From positions 11,225 to 75,224 of the forward strand of contig DATKQS010000024.1 in the NCBI GenBank assembly GCA_035532555.1: DNA of 64,000 nucleotides, read 5' to 3'. Made by a program: the position numbers and the translations under genes. Of the stretch, positions 56,716-64,000 are shown in pieces. This DNA is from Thermoplasmata archaeon (GTDB lineage: Archaea > Thermoplasmatota > Thermoplasmata > Lutacidiplasmatales > UBA184). How positions within the stretch are numbered: position 1 is the stretch's first letter; every line of letters begins with the position of its first letter. Under the pieces are notes generated by a model that was given only the letters and a program-made list of their open reading frames with translations, was not told the DNA's origin and searched no databases.

Positions 56716-57111
56716 CTACTCGACCGGGATCGAGCTCACGTCCTGGACCAGCTGACGTGCCGCCCGGGTGAACCGCAGAAGCTTCGCCATGTTCCCCCGC
56801 ACCTTGAGAGTGCCTCCCATGATGGCCTGCACCGGGTCGATCTGGCGGCCGAGCACCCGCTGCCAGTTCTCCGCCGACGCTTCGAACACGAACTCGCTCT
56901 CCGTGCTCCGAGAGTCCGCGACGAACTGGGCTCCGCGGCACTGACCGTTCGCGAGATCGAGGTGGATCCCGGGCGCGGGCGCATCGACCGCACCACCGGT
57001 CACCCGCAGGAGAATGTCACCCTCCCAGCCGCGTGCCGCGTCGGCGTACTCGGTGTCTCGGTTCACCACCGCGCGAAGAGCGTTGGCCCACGGCTGAGAA
57101 GGAAACTTCAT
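56716..57111 (-). CDS. SCP2 sterol-carrier-like domain protein
   Basis: ...MGGTLKVRGNMAKLLRF... is the C-terminal SCP2 signature. Confidence 0.65.
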   Translation of the reverse strand: MKFPSQPWANALRAVVNRDTEYADAARGWEGDILLRVTGGAVDAPAPGIHLDLANGQCRGAQFVADSRSTESEFVFEASAENWQRVLGRQIDPVQAIMGGTLKVRGNMAKLLRFTRAARQLVQDVSSIPVE

Positions 57112-57144
57112 GGTCCACCGATGCGCGCCGGTCGCTTAAGCGGC

Positions 57145-58107
57145 TCAGGAGTACTCGTAGAAGCCGCGCCCCGTCTTTCGACCTAGGTGCCCGGCATCGA
57201 CCAATCGACGCAGCGTCGGGGAGGGGCGGTACTTCGGGTCGCCGAATTCGCGCTGGAGCGTCTCCGACACTTCCAAGGCGACATCGAGCCCGATGAGGTC
57301 CGCGAGCTCGAAGGGTCCCATCGGAAACCCCGCCCCGGACTTCATCGCGAGGTCGACGTCCCGGGAGGAAGCCAGGCCCTCTTCGAGCACGAAGCACGCT
57401 TCGTTGAGGACCGGGAGGAGGATCCGGTTGACGACAAATGCCGGCGACTCCTTCACCCGGATCGGAACGATCGGGAATCGGTGGTTGCGCAGCCCCTGCA
57501 GGAATTCGATCGTGTCGGTCACGACGTCCTCTCGAGTATCGACGCCGCCCGCCACCTCGACCAGGGGGAGCGTGTACGGCGGGTTGAAGAAGTGAGTGAC
57601 GAGCGTCTGGGAGACGTGCTGGAGACCGCGGGCGAGCCGGGTGATCGAGAGGGAGGAGGTGTTCGAACCAATCACCGCGTGCTCGGGGAGGACCGCGTCG
57701 AGCGCTTCGAGCACCGGCCGCTTGACCTCGGTGCGCTCGAAGACCGCCTCGACCACGAAGTCCACGTCCCGGAACTCGTCGTACGTGGTGGTCCCGCGGA
57801 CGCGTGCCACCACCTCCGCTCCACGGGCCGGCGTGAACTTGGGCGCGAGCTTCGCGCGGAGCGTCGTGATCTGAGCATCCGTGAGCTGGACGCCGAGCGC
57901 TCCGATCCGTTCGATCTCCGTGTCCGCGCGCCCGGCGTTGTACGCGACGAGCTCGTCGACGTGGCCCCGCACTCGGCCGAGGCCCTTCGTCACGAGCTCA
58001 TCGCTGACGTCCTTGAGAACTACCGGAATCCCATTGAACGCGAGGACCTCGGCGATCGCCGATCCCATGGCTCCGGCTCCCACCACGCCCGCATGCGTGA
58101 CGCGCAT
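57145..58107 (-). CDS. 3-hydroxyacyl-CoA dehydrogenase
   Basis: VVGAGAMGSAIAEVLAFNGIPVVLKD Rossmann motif, with HBD N- and C-domain pattern. Confidence 0.85.
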   Translation of the reverse strand: MRVTHAGVVGAGAMGSAIAEVLAFNGIPVVLKDVSDELVTKGLGRVRGHVDELVAYNAGRADTEIERIGALGVQLTDAQITTLRAKLAPKFTPARGAEVVARVRGTTTYDEFRDVDFVVEAVFERTEVKRPVLEALDAVLPEHAVIGSNTSSLSITRLARGLQHVSQTLVTHFFNPPYTLPLVEVAGGVDTREDVVTDTIEFLQGLRNHRFPIVPIRVKESPAFVVNRILLPVLNEACFVLEEGLASSRDVDLAMKSGAGFPMGPFELADLIGLDVALEVSETLQREFGDPKYRPSPTLRRLVDAGHLGRKTGRGFYEYS

Positions 58108-58337
58108 CGACTACCCTCGACCGAAGGAGCACGGGGGCGTGAATAGGCTATCGGCGGTCGTGCCGTCGAAGCCACAGAGTTTAAGGGCGGACGCTTCTCG
58201 GTGTTATCGCGCGGGGATGGCCCAGCCCGGTAAGGCGCAGGATTGCTAATCCTGTGGTGATTTCACCTCGGGGGTTCAAAGGGAGGCCGGGGGAGTCCCG
58301 GCCTTCGGAAAGTCCCCCTCCCCGCGCTCCGTGATCC

Positions 58338-58655
58338 CTATCCGGGCGGCGCGGAGTTGAAACGATACACGTCGCCTTCCTTGCGAATGCCGACCGTGTC
58401 GCCGATCACCGGCAACGGACCCTCCACGATCCCGAGCAGGCGAACCGCTTCGGTGAGCTCGACCAGCGCGATCCGGTGAGGGGCGCTCCAACCTTCGGCG
58501 GGGCTCGTGAGCTCCGTGACGGCGACCACGGTTCCGAGGGGCGGGACCTCCACCGCGAGCGCCTCCCGCATGCCGCAGCGAGGGCAGGGGCCGTTGCCCG
58601 GAACGTACAGCCCCTGACACGAGACGCAGCGCCGGAGTTGGAGGGGGGGCACCAT
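58338..58655 (-). CDS. DUF35 Zn-ribbon/OB-fold protein (thiolase scaffold partner)
   Basis: RCVSCQGLYVPGNGPCPRCG zinc ribbon followed by an OB-fold segment, with the usual position next to thiolase. Start at internal Met (MVPPLQL). Confidence 0.65.
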   Translation of the reverse strand: MVPPLQLRRCVSCQGLYVPGNGPCPRCGMREALAVEVPPLGTVVAVTELTSPAEGWSAPHRIALVELTEAVRLLGIVEGPLPVIGDTVGIRKEGDVYRFNSAPPG

Positions 58656-58657
58656 GG

Positions 58658-59791
58658 TCAGGACGCCTCCCGGCCGAGGATCGTCACGAAGTTGTGGGAA
58701 GCCATTCCGCCGATCGACTGGGCGAGCCCGATCCGGGGAAGGCGCGGAAGCGCTCGCGGCCCGGCCTCGCCCCGGAGCTGGCACGCCACCTCCGCGATCT
58801 CGGCGAGCCCGGAGGCGCCGATGGGGTGGCCGCGGCCGAGCACGCCCCCGGATGGATTGACGGGAAGTCGGCCGTCCGGCGCTACCCAGCCCTGCGCGAA
58901 CCAGTTCCCGGCCTCTCCCGGACCGCAGACCCCGAGATCCTCGAGGTCGATGAGCGCGAACGGCGCGAACGCATCGTGGAGTTCGATCACTTCGAGCTCC
59001 TTGCGGGTGATGCGAGCCATCTCGTACGCGCGCCTCGCCGCGACCCGCGTCGCCGCGAAGGTCGTGAGATCGACCCGGTCGATCAGCCGCATCGCGTCCA
59101 GCCCCTGTCCGAAACCGAGGACCGAGGCGGGTCCGGCGCCTTTCTCCACGACGAGCGCTACGGCCCCGTCGGAGATGGCGGGGCAGTGCAACAGACGCAG
59201 GGGTAGGGCTACGGGCCGGCTCGCGGAGACCTCGTCCGCGCGGACGGGGGTCTGGAACTGGGCGTTGGGATTCAGCGCGGCCCGGGCCCGCATGTGGACG
59301 CTGACGAGGTCGAACACCGACGGGGACACGCCGTACCGAGCACAGTAGCGCTGCGCGATGAGCGCGGCGAGCCCGGGCATGGTCGCGCCAGCGGCCACCT
59401 CACTCGGGTGAAGCGAGTTCGCCAGCGCGCGGGTCACTTCCGGCGTCGGGGGGCCGGTCATCTTCTCTGCGGCCACGACGAGCGCCCGCTCGTATCGGCC
59501 GGACTCGATCGCGAGCACCGCTGCCTGGAAGGCGGCCGCGCCGGACGCGGAGGCCGCGTCGACGCGGAAGCCGGCGGTCGACTCCATGCCGATCCGGCTC
59601 GCGAGCCGCGGGACGGTGCTCTCGAGACCATTGACCGCGCCGGTCAGCATGCTGCCGACGACGAGCAGGTCCACCGGCTTGCGTCCGAGTCCCTCGAGAG
59701 CGAGGGTCGCGGCCTCCGCCGCTAGGTCGAGCCATCCCTCGGTCCGCCGGCCGAACCGGCCGAGCCCGAGCGCGCTGACGTGGACGGTCAT
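58658..59791 (-). CDS. Thiolase-domain protein (archaeal acetyl-CoA C-acyltransferase / SCP-x-like)
   Basis: 377 aa with thiolase fold markers (...VVGSMLTGAV..., ...GHPIGASGL...). Confidence 0.8.
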   Translation of the reverse strand: MTVHVSALGLGRFGRRTEGWLDLAAEAATLALEGLGRKPVDLLVVGSMLTGAVNGLESTVPRLASRIGMESTAGFRVDAASASGAAAFQAAVLAIESGRYERALVVAAEKMTGPPTPEVTRALANSLHPSEVAAGATMPGLAALIAQRYCARYGVSPSVFDLVSVHMRARAALNPNAQFQTPVRADEVSASRPVALPLRLLHCPAISDGAVALVVEKGAGPASVLGFGQGLDAMRLIDRVDLTTFAATRVAARRAYEMARITRKELEVIELHDAFAPFALIDLEDLGVCGPGEAGNWFAQGWVAPDGRLPVNPSGGVLGRGHPIGASGLAEIAEVACQLRGEAGPRALPRLPRIGLAQSIGGMASHNFVTILGREAS

Positions 59792-60330
59792 GTCGTCGTC
59801 TCCGCGCTCGGCGTCTCCGTGAGGAACCTCACCGTGGAGAGGAATCGGGAGAGCGGCATACCCTGCTCCCAGTGGATGATCGCATTGCCCTCTCGGGTGG
59901 TATCGAGCGTGGGGAGCCGGCGGCAGACCAGGTTCAGGATCCCTCGGATCGGTGCCTTCGTTCCGATGTACATCCGCCAGGGATCGGGATCGCGGTAGCC
60001 CACCCTACGGTACGCGTACAGCACCGTGAGCCCCACCCGCGCGACCGCCTTGCGGTGGCCCTCGAGCTGAACGAGTCCCCGGCCCCCCGCGGCGGTGAAG
60101 TAGATCGTATCCTCCGCGGAGGATTTGACCTCGAGCGGGAACGCGAACTCCCGGCGCAGTGCGATCAGGTCCAGCCCGAGGGAGCCGGCGGCGCGGATCA
60201 CGAGGAACGGCTCGTCGATGATCCGTTCGAACTCGGTGCGATCGCTCGGTTCGAGCCCCTTCGCGTAGGCGCGCACGGCACGGGGGTCCCCCTGGAGGAG
60301 GTCTTTGAGCTCGCGCTCGTAGGCCGATGC
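59788..60330 (-). CDS. hjc: Holliday junction resolvase Hjc (PD-(D/E)xK nuclease)
   Basis: YERELKDLL...VIRAAGSLGLDLIALRREFAFPLEVKSS matches the Hjc consensus (ERELxxLL...R.AGS...DLVA...IEVK). There is no ATG before the domain. A GTG at ~60330 (VRRYASAYEREL) is the most plausible start. The long Arg-rich N-terminal extension of the ORF is an artefact. Confidence 0.65.
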   Translation of the reverse strand, partial: ASAYERELKDLLQGDPRAVRAYAKGLEPSDRTEFERIIDEPFLVIRAAGSLGLDLIALRREFAFPLEVKSSAEDTIYFTAAGGRGLVQLEGHRKAVARVGLTVLYAYRRVGYRDPDPWRMYIGTKAPIRGILNLVCRRLPTLDTTREGNAIIHWEQGMPLSRFLSTVRFLTETPSAETTT

Positions 60331-60373
60331 GTACCGACGCACGGACTCCTCAGCTCGAACGGTAGCTAATAAG

Positions 60374-61849
60374 GTGGTCTTGCACTCGTACTGCCTCGTG
60401 CCCTCCACTCCGCGCGTCGAGATCGCCGAGGCCGACCTTCCGATCGCGCGGGTGCTCGCCGCGGTCGTGCAGGATGCGGACCGTCGGCGCCGGATCCGGG
60501 GGATCGCGACCCAGGGCGCGACGTTCCGCCTCTCCGAGCTGCGCACTCGCCTATTGCGCGAGCGCGTCTTCCAGGACCCGAGCCGCCTGATCCTGCGGCT
60601 GCGGCGGCGGGGCCTCCTCATCGATCTGCCGGAGGGAAAGACGGACCGCAGCTACCACGTGGCCTACCCCGAGGAGCTCCGGGCGCTGCTGCTCGAGGAG
60701 GTCGCCCGGTCCGATACGTTCGAGCCCACGGCGCTCCAGCCCGTCCCGGACGAGCACGCCGAGATCCGATCGATGGATTCGGAGTTCCTGCAGCGTCTGC
60801 GCGAGATCCTCACGCGCCGCCTCGACGAGACGATCGAGTTCGGCGCGACGTTCGACATCGGCCGGTTGGCCGACTACCTTCGGGGGCTCTTCGGCGAGGC
60901 CCTGTACTTCGATTCGCTGATCGCGATCCTTCAACAGTACGCGCTCGCGGACGTCCCGCTCCTCGCCCCGACCGGCCGGTCCACGGGATCGACCGGCTTC
61001 CATCTCGCCCTCTTCGGGCCGCCGGGAACGGGAAAGACGTTCTCGATCGACGATATGATCCGCGGGAACCCGAAGAGCGGAGTGCCACCCCATGGGCTCC
61101 CGGGCCGCAACCGGTACTGCGGCGGGATCACGCCCGTGCAGTTCCTTCGGGTCGGCGCGGCCTACAGCGGACGAACGTTCAATTTCATCGTGCCCGAGTT
61201 CAATGACTGGTTCAAGTACCGTGGCATGGTCGAACCGCTGAAGCTCGTGATGGAGCAGCGCGAGGTGAAGTGGGAGACGACGTTTGGAACGGTCGGGCCG
61301 TACACCTTCCACTCCTTCTTCAGCGTCAACTACAACGTGCGGACGGCCGGGGCGCAGGACTACTGGACGACGATCTCGGATCCCAACTTCGCCGCGCTCG
61401 AGGACCGGATGCTGTTGCGCTTCCATCCCATGACGCGGGAGCGATTCCGCGCGGTCGAGGCGAGCGCGGAGCGGCTCGAGCTCGGTGAGCTCGACTTCTC
61501 CTTCGGGGAGCGGATCCACGACCATCTCACGCTCGTCCATGCGATCGAGACGGGCCATCCGCTCCTCGCGGGCAAGTTCCCCTCGCGATCGGTGCGTCTC
61601 GACCGCGGGCTGTACGGGAGCCTGCGCACCGTCTCCGAGGAGGCCCTGCGCACCACCGAGCATCCGAAGTTCTCCCCGCGCCTCAAGTCGCGCGCGGTGA
61701 AGCTCGCGGCGGCGGCTTCCCTCCTGACGTACTTCCACGTCCCGGGTACCGAATCCATCGGGATCGGCCCGGCCGAGGCCGAGTTCGCGCGTCGTTTCTA
61801 CGAGGACGAGATCCGCTCGCGCCAGGGCCGACAGGGATCTATCGAGTGA
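60374..61849 (+). CDS. P-loop NTPase of unrecognised family (Walker A GPPGTGKT at ~aa 205), divergent from hjc
   Basis: 491 aa. N-terminal ~200-aa domain, FHLALFGPPGTGKTFSIDDM, and a C-terminal ~250-aa region with no familiar AAA+ sensor motifs. GTG start at 60374 follows TAATAAG. Confidence 0.6.
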   Translation: MVLHSYCLVPSTPRVEIAEADLPIARVLAAVVQDADRRRRIRGIATQGATFRLSELRTRLLRERVFQDPSRLILRLRRRGLLIDLPEGKTDRSYHVAYPEELRALLLEEVARSDTFEPTALQPVPDEHAEIRSMDSEFLQRLREILTRRLDETIEFGATFDIGRLADYLRGLFGEALYFDSLIAILQQYALADVPLLAPTGRSTGSTGFHLALFGPPGTGKTFSIDDMIRGNPKSGVPPHGLPGRNRYCGGITPVQFLRVGAAYSGRTFNFIVPEFNDWFKYRGMVEPLKLVMEQREVKWETTFGTVGPYTFHSFFSVNYNVRTAGAQDYWTTISDPNFAALEDRMLLRFHPMTRERFRAVEASAERLELGELDFSFGERIHDHLTLVHAIETGHPLLAGKFPSRSVRLDRGLYGSLRTVSEEALRTTEHPKFSPRLKSRAVKLAAAASLLTYFHVPGTESIGIGPAEAEFARRFYEDEIRSRQGRQGSIE

Positions 61850-61894
61850 CCCGGCCCCTTCGGGGAGTCGAGGATCCGTCGCGCGCGAGGCGCC

Positions 61895-62881
61895 TTACCC
61901 GGGCGCGTTCATCACGCGGCCGGAGTGGGCATCGACGAGGAAGACCACCGTTCCGCCCTTGTGCTCGATCGTGACCTGCCAGATCGGAGCGTGGAGGAGT
62001 TCGCCTTCCGAGACCTGGACGTCCGACTGGAAGTGGCTCACCATGCGGTGGCGCTTGTGGGCCTGCTCGGATTGGAGCTGGGTCACGTAGGCCTTCGCCG
62101 CGTTCTTCGCGGCCTCTTCCGTGAGGTCCCCGTTCAGGATCGGCGCACCGTTCGGGACGCTCTTTCGATCGAAGAACGTGCGCTCCGTCAGCGCGAATGC
62201 GTAGTCCTTGGGTTGGTAGTTCGAGAGCGCGCGGACGGCGAGGACGGGGTACTCATACTCCCCGGTGATGATGTCCTGCCGCGTCGAGTTCACGCTGGGC
62301 CCCGCCATGATCGGGATGAACATGCCCCCCCCTCCCATCTGCCGGTTGACCGCGCCGCCGATCGCCGCGCTCAGCGCCATCGTCGCCACGGTCGATCCGA
62401 CGCCGACGGCGATGTCCGTGTACTGGTAGTTGGTGCTCGCCGAGACCGGCAGGATCCAGTACGGGATCATCGACAGCTTGTGATCGACGATCTTCGACTC
62501 CTCGAACTTCTTCCGGTTGAAGAACCCGGTGTCCATGAAGGCGCGGACGATCCCGAGCATCGCGTCCGGATCGATCAGCTTCGGCACGAGCATCGTGTGC
62601 TTGGAAATCTCGTTCCATCCGCTCCCCCCCAGCGAGACGGAACTCCCGCAGTAGTCGCAGGTGATCACCGTCTCCCCGAAGACCGGCTTGAGCGGGGCGC
62701 CGCACGAGGGACACTTGAACTCCTGCACGCCACCGGCGGCCGCCGGAGCGACGGTCGGGGCGGCATGGGAGGTCGAGGTAGAGGCCCCTGCGGCACTCGC
62801 GCCGCCCGGGGTCGGGGTACCGCATTTGAAGCAGAACTTCGCGTCGTCGGGGAGCTGCTGGCCGCACTTCACGCAAAACAT
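61895..62881 (-). CDS. Double zinc-ribbon protein with C-terminal ~230-aa uncharacterised domain
   Basis: MFCVKCGQQLPDDAKFCFKCGTP...FKCPSCGAPL...ITCDYCGSS, then a globular domain with no known motif. Confidence 0.6.
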   Translation of the reverse strand: MFCVKCGQQLPDDAKFCFKCGTPTPGGASAAGASTSTSHAAPTVAPAAAGGVQEFKCPSCGAPLKPVFGETVITCDYCGSSVSLGGSGWNEISKHTMLVPKLIDPDAMLGIVRAFMDTGFFNRKKFEESKIVDHKLSMIPYWILPVSASTNYQYTDIAVGVGSTVATMALSAAIGGAVNRQMGGGGMFIPIMAGPSVNSTRQDIITGEYEYPVLAVRALSNYQPKDYAFALTERTFFDRKSVPNGAPILNGDLTEEAAKNAAKAYVTQLQSEQAHKRHRMVSHFQSDVQVSEGELLHAPIWQVTIEHKGGTVVFLVDAHSGRVMNAPG

Positions 62882-62921
62882 TCGTTACTCTCCGTTCGAA
62901 CCTCGGTCCGCAGACCGTCGC

Positions 62922-63992
62922 CTAGGAGCCGAGCGCAGCCCCGCAGTTCGGACAGAACTTTCCACTCCCGGCCACCACCGCCGAGCACTTGGGGCAGGTA
63001 CGGGGCGCCGGTGCGGCGAGTGACGCGCCGCAGGCCGGACAGAACTTCTGGCCGGGAGCGGTCGCCGCGCCGCACTTCGGGCACGGAGGGCCGCCGGCGG
63101 GTGCCGGAGCGGCACCGATGGCCGCCCCGCATGCCGGGCAGAATCGGGTGCCCGGCGGCACCAGTGCCCCGCACTTCGGGCAGGGAGAGGAGGGACCGCC
63201 GCCATACATCCCGCTCATCTGGCCGGACATACCGTAGCCGATCCCCATTCCCGCGCCGAGACCGACGCCGGCGCCGGCGAGCGAACCCGCCGTTCCCGAG
63301 GTGTTGGACGCGGCCTCCGTCATCGCTTGGCCCGCCTGGTACTGCATGTAGTTGACGCCGAGAACGCCCATTTGGGATCGCGTGTTGACGGCCTTCTGCA
63401 CTTCATCGGGCAGGTTGACCGAAAGGCCCTGGAGCTGGTTCATCTCGACCCCGAGCGGGCCGAAGTGATCCGGGGCGGCTCCGAGCACCGCCTGTTCGAT
63501 CGTCGTCAGCTGGACGGCGAGGTCGGTGACGCGCACGCCCTGCTCCTTGAGCTTCCCGAGGGTGTTGTAGACGAGGATGACCATCTGGTCCCGCAGCCGG
63601 GTCTCGACATCGTCGCTCGACGCGGCCCCGAACGTTCCCACGAACTGGTTGATGAACACGTCCGCCGCGCTCACGCGCCAGCGGAAGCTGCCGAACACGC
63701 GCAGGCTGACGAGGCCGAAGTCCGGGTCGCGGAAGATGTACGGCTCCGAGCTGCCGAACTTGCCATCGAAGATGCGCTTCTGCAGGTAGTAGACCTCGGC
63801 CTCCTGTTGGACGCCCGAGAGCGCCTTGACGAGCCCGCCGACCACCGGCGCGTTCAGGCTCGTGAGGGCGTATCGGTCGGGACGGTCGATGTAGGAGAGG
63901 ACCTTTCCGTCGCGGTAGAACACCGCCATCTCGTCCTCTCGGACGACGATGTTGTCGTTGAGGCGGATGTTGCGCGGAACGCGCCACATCAC
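62922..63992 (-). CDS. SPFH/band-7-like domain protein with three C-terminal zinc-ribbon repeats (COG4260-like virion-core-protein family)
   Basis: The N-terminal ~210 aa is SPFH-like. A Gly/Ala/Met-rich linker follows, then three repeats of CPKCGA...FCPACGA. Confidence 0.6.
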   Translation of the reverse strand: MMWRVPRNIRLNDNIVVREDEMAVFYRDGKVLSYIDRPDRYALTSLNAPVVGGLVKALSGVQQEAEVYYLQKRIFDGKFGSSEPYIFRDPDFGLVSLRVFGSFRWRVSAADVFINQFVGTFGAASSDDVETRLRDQMVILVYNTLGKLKEQGVRVTDLAVQLTTIEQAVLGAAPDHFGPLGVEMNQLQGLSVNLPDEVQKAVNTRSQMGVLGVNYMQYQAGQAMTEAASNTSGTAGSLAGAGVGLGAGMGIGYGMSGQMSGMYGGGPSSPCPKCGALVPPGTRFCPACGAAIGAAPAPAGGPPCPKCGAATAPGQKFCPACGASLAAPAPRTCPKCSAVVAGSGKFCPNCGAALGS

Positions 63993-64000
63993 GTTGGGGC

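Noticed and set aside
59788-60621. 277-aa version of the Hjc ORF with an Arg-rich N-terminal ~110 aa
   Set aside because: The extension (MRRPRRRSRRIRR...) has no Met before the nuclease domain and looks like antisense or GC artefact overlapping the 60374 gene start. The Hjc domain itself is real.
1-64000. CRISPR arrays, rRNA genes, transposases or integrases
   Set aside because: No regularly spaced short repeats, no rRNA-like conserved blocks, and no ORF with recombinase or transposase motifs (R..HxxR..Y, DDE) were seen in any frame.

Overview
This 64-kb window is very GC-rich (about 65-70%) and almost certainly comes from an archaeon. The evidence is an ABCE1/RLI ribosome-recycling ATPase, Holliday-junction resolvase Hjc, RFC large subunit, MptA/FolE2 GTP cyclohydrolase, a Bat-type HTH_10 regulator, dodecin, an archaeal-type PGI/PMI, a GT-C membrane glycosyltransferase and an N-glycosylation-sequon-rich surface protein. 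Proteins are not acid-shifted, so a non-halophilic high-GC archaeon is likely. Coding density is high, and many genes overlap by 4 nt (ATGA/GTGA), which indicates operons. The six-frame track contains many long spurious ORFs, often antisense to real genes, as expected at this GC content; the calls below are based on recognisable protein families.

Layout:
- 1-2.2 kb: a partial beta-propeller protein, then a tandem pair of YgiT-type zinc-finger genes, the second frameshifted at a G7 run.
- 2.7-15.5 kb: a glycosylation and surface-protein gene cluster.
- 16.4-29.0 kb: a cluster enriched in hemerythrin-like, NnrS-like, DUF2249, ferredoxin and FNR-like genes, consistent with a nitrosative/oxidative stress function.
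- 29.2-35.2 kb: ABCE1 followed by a MacB/FtsX-type ABC transporter and MptA.
- 37.7-43.3 kb: a MoxR AAA+/VWA(DUF2201) operon with two extra genes, flanked by membrane proteins including a TMEM175-like channel.
- 43.4-53.5 kb: housekeeping genes (RfcL, peroxiredoxin, dodecin, ZIP transporter, tRNA-Thr, urocanase, aminopeptidase, NUDIX).
- 53.6-59.8 kb: a beta-oxidation-like cluster with a DUF35-thiolase pair.
- 59.8-64.0 kb: Hjc divergent from an unclassified P-loop NTPase, then a pair of zinc-ribbon proteins, one carrying an SPFH-like domain.

The most striking feature is a family of three direct repeats at 2.3, 15.7 and 29.2 kb. Their shared core encodes the last nine codons and stop of ABCE1. 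The repeats bracket the glycosylation cluster and the stress cluster. This looks like successive att-site-style integrations at the ABCE1 3' end. No integrase is present in the window.
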